DNA of 49,448 nt, from IMG/VR virus record IMGVR_UViG_3300043473_000195, positions 1 through 49,448 of that record, one strand, 5' to 3'. Positions 46,508 through 49,448 of the stretch are shown here, piece by piece. Positions within the stretch are counted from its first letter, which is position 1. The number at the start of each line of letters is the position of its first letter. A program made the position numbers and the translations under genes. This DNA is from a virus (taxonomy: Duplodnaviria; Caudoviricetes). The notes beneath the pieces were generated by a model. That model was not told the origin of the DNA. It saw only the letters and a list, made by a program, of their open reading frames with translations, and ran no database searches.

Positions 46508-47230
46508 TTAGTAGGCACCTTTGCCGTGGTACGGACAGGCTACGACGGCGCAGTACTTTTTGCAGAGGCCCGATGGCTTGGGCGGGTAGTCGTCCTTCTC
46601 CTGTGCCAGCCGCATCGCATCGACCTTGGGCTGGACCATGCGCCAGATGTGGGCCAAGTCGGATCGCGACACCACTTCCTCGATCTTCTGGTCCTCCTGC
46701 AGCCAGACGAACTGGCAGAGGGCATGATCGACTTCGGGGTAGTGGGCGAACACCACGGCGGCGGCGAGCGCCAGCTGCTCGCTGTCGGGCTTGACGTTGT
46801 GGCCGGTTTTCCAGTCGATGATGCGGGCGTACTTGTCGCGCACCTTGAGGACGTCCAGCACCGTCCTGAACCACGGTTTCTTGACCCTGTCGAAGAACTC
46901 GCAAGGCTGGTGATCGACGGTGATCGCCATCTTCCGCTCGGCCTGCATGATGACCTGCGTGCGGTCGCTGTTGGCCATCGCCCAGTCGATCCACTTCTCG
47001 AACGGCGCCATCTCCTTGGGCAGCGGCACCAAGTTGGTGATCCGCTTGGCCATCGCGTTGTGGACTTGGAAGCCCCATCGCATGTTCTCGTTCTCGGGCT
47101 CCTTGATCGTCTTGTGGATCGAGTAGGCGGCGAATTTCTTGGGACACTGCTCGAAGTTGTTGAGGGCAGAGAAAGACCAAGCGAAAGGCTTGGCAACGGC
47201 GTTGCCGTGGATGTCGGTGATGGCGGGCAT
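46508..47230 (-). CDS. Cas4/AddB-like PD-(D/E)XK exonuclease
   Basis: WSFSALNNFEQCP..IIDWKTG..EQL..GLCKKYCAVVAC (four Cys). Confidence 0.85.
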   Translation of the reverse strand: MPAITDIHGNAVAKPFAWSFSALNNFEQCPKKFAAYSIHKTIKEPENENMRWGFQVHNAMAKRITNLVPLPKEMAPFEKWIDWAMANSDRTQVIMQAERKMAITVDHQPCEFFDRVKKPWFRTVLDVLKVRDKYARIIDWKTGHNVKPDSEQLALAAAVVFAHYPEVDHALCQFVWLQEDQKIEEVVSRSDLAHIWRMVQPKVDAMRLAQEKDDYPPKPSGLCKKYCAVVACPYHGKGAY

Positions 47231-47248
47231 AATACCTTCGCTGGTAAA

Positions 47249-47587
47249 TCAGGACTGCGTGGCCAGCCTGAACCGTCCGATTAAGCCATCGCTCGGGAAG
47301 AGCGCGACGTCGTCCTCCAGAATGATAGCCTTCTCGCCGTGCACGATGAAGACGAAGACGTAGTTGGGGCCTTCGAAAATGTTGAGATGCTCGATGCCTC
47401 CGATCTTCTCGCCCTCGTGCGTGTTGAGCCGCATTGCCAGTTTATCGTAGGCCGACCAGCGCTTGCGCGGACGCATGTGCCGGTCGGGATCATCGTAATC
47501 GAACGCTGGCGGTTGTGGCATCGCCAGAGCACGAGCCTCTTCTGCCCGCAAGACCTTGAGACGGTGGTCCTCAGTGTCGTAGGGCAT
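47249..47587 (-). CDS. hypothetical protein
   Basis: GAGG RBS; VFVFIVHG..LEDDVALFPSD. Confidence 0.65.
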   Translation of the reverse strand: MPYDTEDHRLKVLRAEEARALAMPQPPAFDYDDPDRHMRPRKRWSAYDKLAMRLNTHEGEKIGGIEHLNIFEGPNYVFVFIVHGEKAIILEDDVALFPSDGLIGRFRLATQS

Positions 47588-47590
47588 GCG

Positions 47591-48379
47591 CTACCTCGTG
47601 AGTTTGGCGATCCGGGTGTCGACGGTGATCTCGGCCACGCTCTTAACACGGAGCGCCAAGATCCGATTGGCCGCCATATCAATCATCGCAGCATACCCCG
47701 ACAAGAGCTTGGCGCGAGCCTCGCTGGCGCCAACACCTTCCTCAGCCAATTCCTTGGTCATGTCGTTCAGCACGACGATGGCGTCCTGCAGACCTTCCTC
47801 GTAGGTCCGAACCGGCATCGCGTGCGCGTCGATGATGTCAATCAGTGACGCGCCCTTGCCGTGGCCATTGCTTACCGGCGGCGGTAAAAGCGTCGGCATG
47901 ATGTCGATGGCTCCTTCGCGCGCCACCGGCTTGGTCTCGGGGAACGGCAGCTGCGGCAGGCCCTCGCGCATGCCGAACCACAGCGGCGGCATGAAGTCGG
48001 GCACCTCGATGTCGGCATGGCCATCGGGCGACGTCTGGGCGGCGACGATGCCATCGGCCCGCTTCACGCCAGCAATCACCGAGGTGATCATCGCCTTGTA
48101 GACCCTCGCGTTGGCGGCGACCGACTTCTCCTTGAAGAACGGCACGCTGGTGCCTGCCGGGGCCTTTTTGATCAGCGCCTCGCGGGTCGGCAGGGTATAG
48201 GGCGACTTGAAAATAAACCGGTTCTTCACCGGGAACATCGAAGCGATGTCGAGTTCGAGAACGAAATAATGCCGAGACCCCAACCGGGTCAAATACCATT
48301 CGAGGGTAGCGGTCTTGTCCTGCAGTCGCGCAACAACGCGGACGGTAGTGGAACGAGGCGTCGTATAATTGATGGTCAT
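47591..48379 (-). CDS. hypothetical protein, first gene of the replication operon
   Basis: AGGAGA RBS; downstream of a sigma70 promoter. Confidence 0.7.
   Translation of the reverse strand: MTINYTTPRSTTVRVVARLQDKTATLEWYLTRLGSRHYFVLELDIASMFPVKNRFIFKSPYTLPTREALIKKAPAGTSVPFFKEKSVAANARVYKAMITSVIAGVKRADGIVAAQTSPDGHADIEVPDFMPPLWFGMREGLPQLPFPETKPVAREGAIDIMPTLLPPPVSNGHGKGASLIDIIDAHAMPVRTYEEGLQDAIVVLNDMTKELAEEGVGASEARAKLLSGYAAMIDMAANRILALRVKSVAEITVDTRIAKLTR
47872..47887. repeat. palindrome B (intragenic)
   Basis: TTACCGGCGGCGGTAA, read as L-P-P-P-V on the minus strand. Confidence 0.85.
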
Positions 48380-48403
48380 GATCTCTCCTGATGGTGACGT
48401 CCT

Positions 48404-48432
48404 ACCATAGCAGAGCGTAAATCATATGTCAA
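48404..48432 (-). promoter_or_regulatory. sigma70 promoter of the replication operon
   Basis: minus strand TTGACA (48432-48427), 17 bp, TATGGT (48409-48404). Confidence 0.7.
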
Positions 48433-48511
48433 CTAGAAACTTACATATCATTTGAGCACGGTTTAGATCACCTGAGTACATCAGCGAGCAGGGACAAACA
48501 TCAGCGGACGT

Positions 48512-48527
48512 TTACCGCCAACGGTAA
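48512..48527. repeat. palindrome B
   Basis: TTACCGCCAACGGTAA, intergenic, upstream of the replication promoter. Confidence 0.85.
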
Positions 48528-48532
48528 ACAAC

Positions 48533-48568
48533 AAAAAATGGGCCGGTGAGGTTTCCCCCACCGGCCCC
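48533..48568 (-). terminator. intrinsic terminator
   Basis: GGGCCGGTG/CACCGGCCC stem followed by a T run on the minus strand. Confidence 0.65.
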
Positions 48569-48670
48569 AGCGACAACCACCTACACAGGAGAGCAAAGGT
48601 GGCCGCCCCCTCAGTTTGATCGTCAACCGGCCACTACGTATGGCCTGTTGCCTAGGCTTGCAAGCAGGTG

Positions 48671-48835
48671 TCAGCCGTAACGCCGAACGCCGAAGCGGTC
48701 GATGGTGTACGGCGGCGCGACGAGAACCGGCGCGCTCTGCTGGATCGGCACGGCGTAGGACGCATAGTTGTAGGCGTAGCTGGTGTTATGCGGGGGCAGG
48801 CACAACAGCGCGCCAGCGATGCAGAAGAAGGCCAT
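48671..48835 (-). CDS. small exported Tyr/Pro-rich peptide
   Basis: AGGA RBS; MAFFCIAGALLCLPP...YAYNYASYAVP. Confidence 0.45.
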   Translation of the reverse strand: MAFFCIAGALLCLPPHNTSYAYNYASYAVPIQQSAPVLVAPPYTIDRFGVRRYG

Positions 48836-48837
48836 GG

Positions 48838-49191
48838 TCAGTCCTGTCTGGGCTGGAAGCCGAAACTGCCAGCCTGATAGGGCTCCAGCATCGGCAACAC
48901 TTGGGTGGGGGGAGTGACCTGCGGGCCGAGTTTAGGCCCGTTGATCACAAGGTTCGAGCCCGCCGCCGAAGCGTTGGGGTCGGTCATACCAGCGCCGGTA
49001 AATTCCTCGCCTTCCGGCGTGATCGTCCGCCAGAAGCCGTTCGCACACTGGATGGTGTTGTTGACGCCGTTGGGCACCGCCCAGCACTGCGTCTGTGCAG
49101 CGGCGGGGTCGGTGCATTGTACAATGGCGAGACCGGCGACGAGACCTGCGAGGGTCAGGGCGACGTAGTTGCCGAATGGAACCGCGTACAT
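48838..49191 (-). CDS. secreted protein
   Basis: GGAGG RBS; signal peptide ending PAAA; Cys pair. Confidence 0.65.
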   Translation of the reverse strand: MYAVPFGNYVALTLAGLVAGLAIVQCTDPAAAQTQCWAVPNGVNNTIQCANGFWRTITPEGEEFTGAGMTDPNASAAGSNLVINGPKLGPQVTPPTQVLPMLEPYQAGSFGFQPRQD

Positions 49192-49203
49192 GAGTGTCCT
49201 CCG

Positions 49204-49254
49204 AAAAAGAAACCCCCGCTGGTCGGGGTGGGGGGAAGAGGACCAGCGGGGGTG
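49204..49254 (-). terminator. terminator-like hairpin
   Basis: CCCCGCTGGTC/GACCAGCGGGG stem with TTTCTTTTT on the minus strand. Confidence 0.55.
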
Positions 49255-49298
49255 AAACTGGCGCGCGAAAACCGAGGGAACGCGCCAGTATTCAGGGA

Positions 49299-49448
49299 CT
49301 AGCTCTGGCAGTTGTCGCGGATGACTGCCGTGCAGCGCGGGTAGACCTTCGGTGCAGCCTGCACCATCGGCGCGGGCGTCACAACGGGAGGGGCCAGCAC
49401 GGTCGGCATCGGCTGCGGAGCGGCACCCTTCGGCTCGAAGTCGGGCCG
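49299..49448 (-). CDS. 3' part of a small Pro-rich ORF ending YPRCTAVIRDNCQS
   Basis: open frame from the right edge to TAG at 49301-49299. Confidence 0.55.
   Translation of the reverse strand, partial: RPDFEPKGAAPQPMPTVLAPPVVTPAPMVQAAPKVYPRCTAVIRDNCQS

Noticed and set aside
46508-47230. Cas4-like gene as part of a CRISPR-Cas system
   Set aside because: It is a solo PD-(D/E)XK exonuclease in a phage replication module with no array or cas1/cas2.
551-48527. Palindromes A and B as CRISPR repeats or transposon ends
   Set aside because: Copies are hundreds of bases to kilobases apart, B is mostly intragenic, and there is no spacer structure, cas operon, transposase or target duplication.
1-49448. 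Prophage with att sites and flanking host DNA
   Set aside because: No integrase, att-like direct repeat or bacterial housekeeping gene is visible.

Overview
The window looks like a near-complete or complete GC-rich tailed phage genome of podovirus type (no tape measure, large ejection proteins). An alphaproteobacterial host is a weak inference. Its two ends join in frame into one small leftward ORF, so it may be a full circularly permuted genome. Layout: (1) 1-3.3 kb, leftward early genes and an AT-richer non-coding stretch with six copies of the palindrome TTTCCCASTGGGAAA. (2) 3.5-7.07 kb, a rightward operon from a consensus sigma70 promoter with an HPD-less DnaJ-like protein, a GIY-YIG-like protein, a Tad2/DUF2829-like and a gp49/Acb4-like nucleotide sponge, and many tiny unknown ORFs. 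(3) terL and terS on the minus strand, divergent from the portal gene. (4) 9-39 kb, morphogenesis: portal, scaffold, capsid, collagen-like fibres, adaptor/tail proteins, GNAT, three ejection proteins including a 2945-aa one, small basic proteins, Ig-like protein, HNH. (5) 39-49 kb, leftward replication genes: primase-DUF927 helicase, SSB-like, SNF2 helicase, VRR-NUC, Cas4-like exonuclease. I recognised no DNA polymerase, integrase, repressor or endolysin. The most striking unexplained signal is a 16-bp palindrome, TTACC-N6-GGTAA, present in at least 19 exact copies at roughly 2-5 kb spacing and mostly inside genes. All family assignments are by motif recognition, with no database search.
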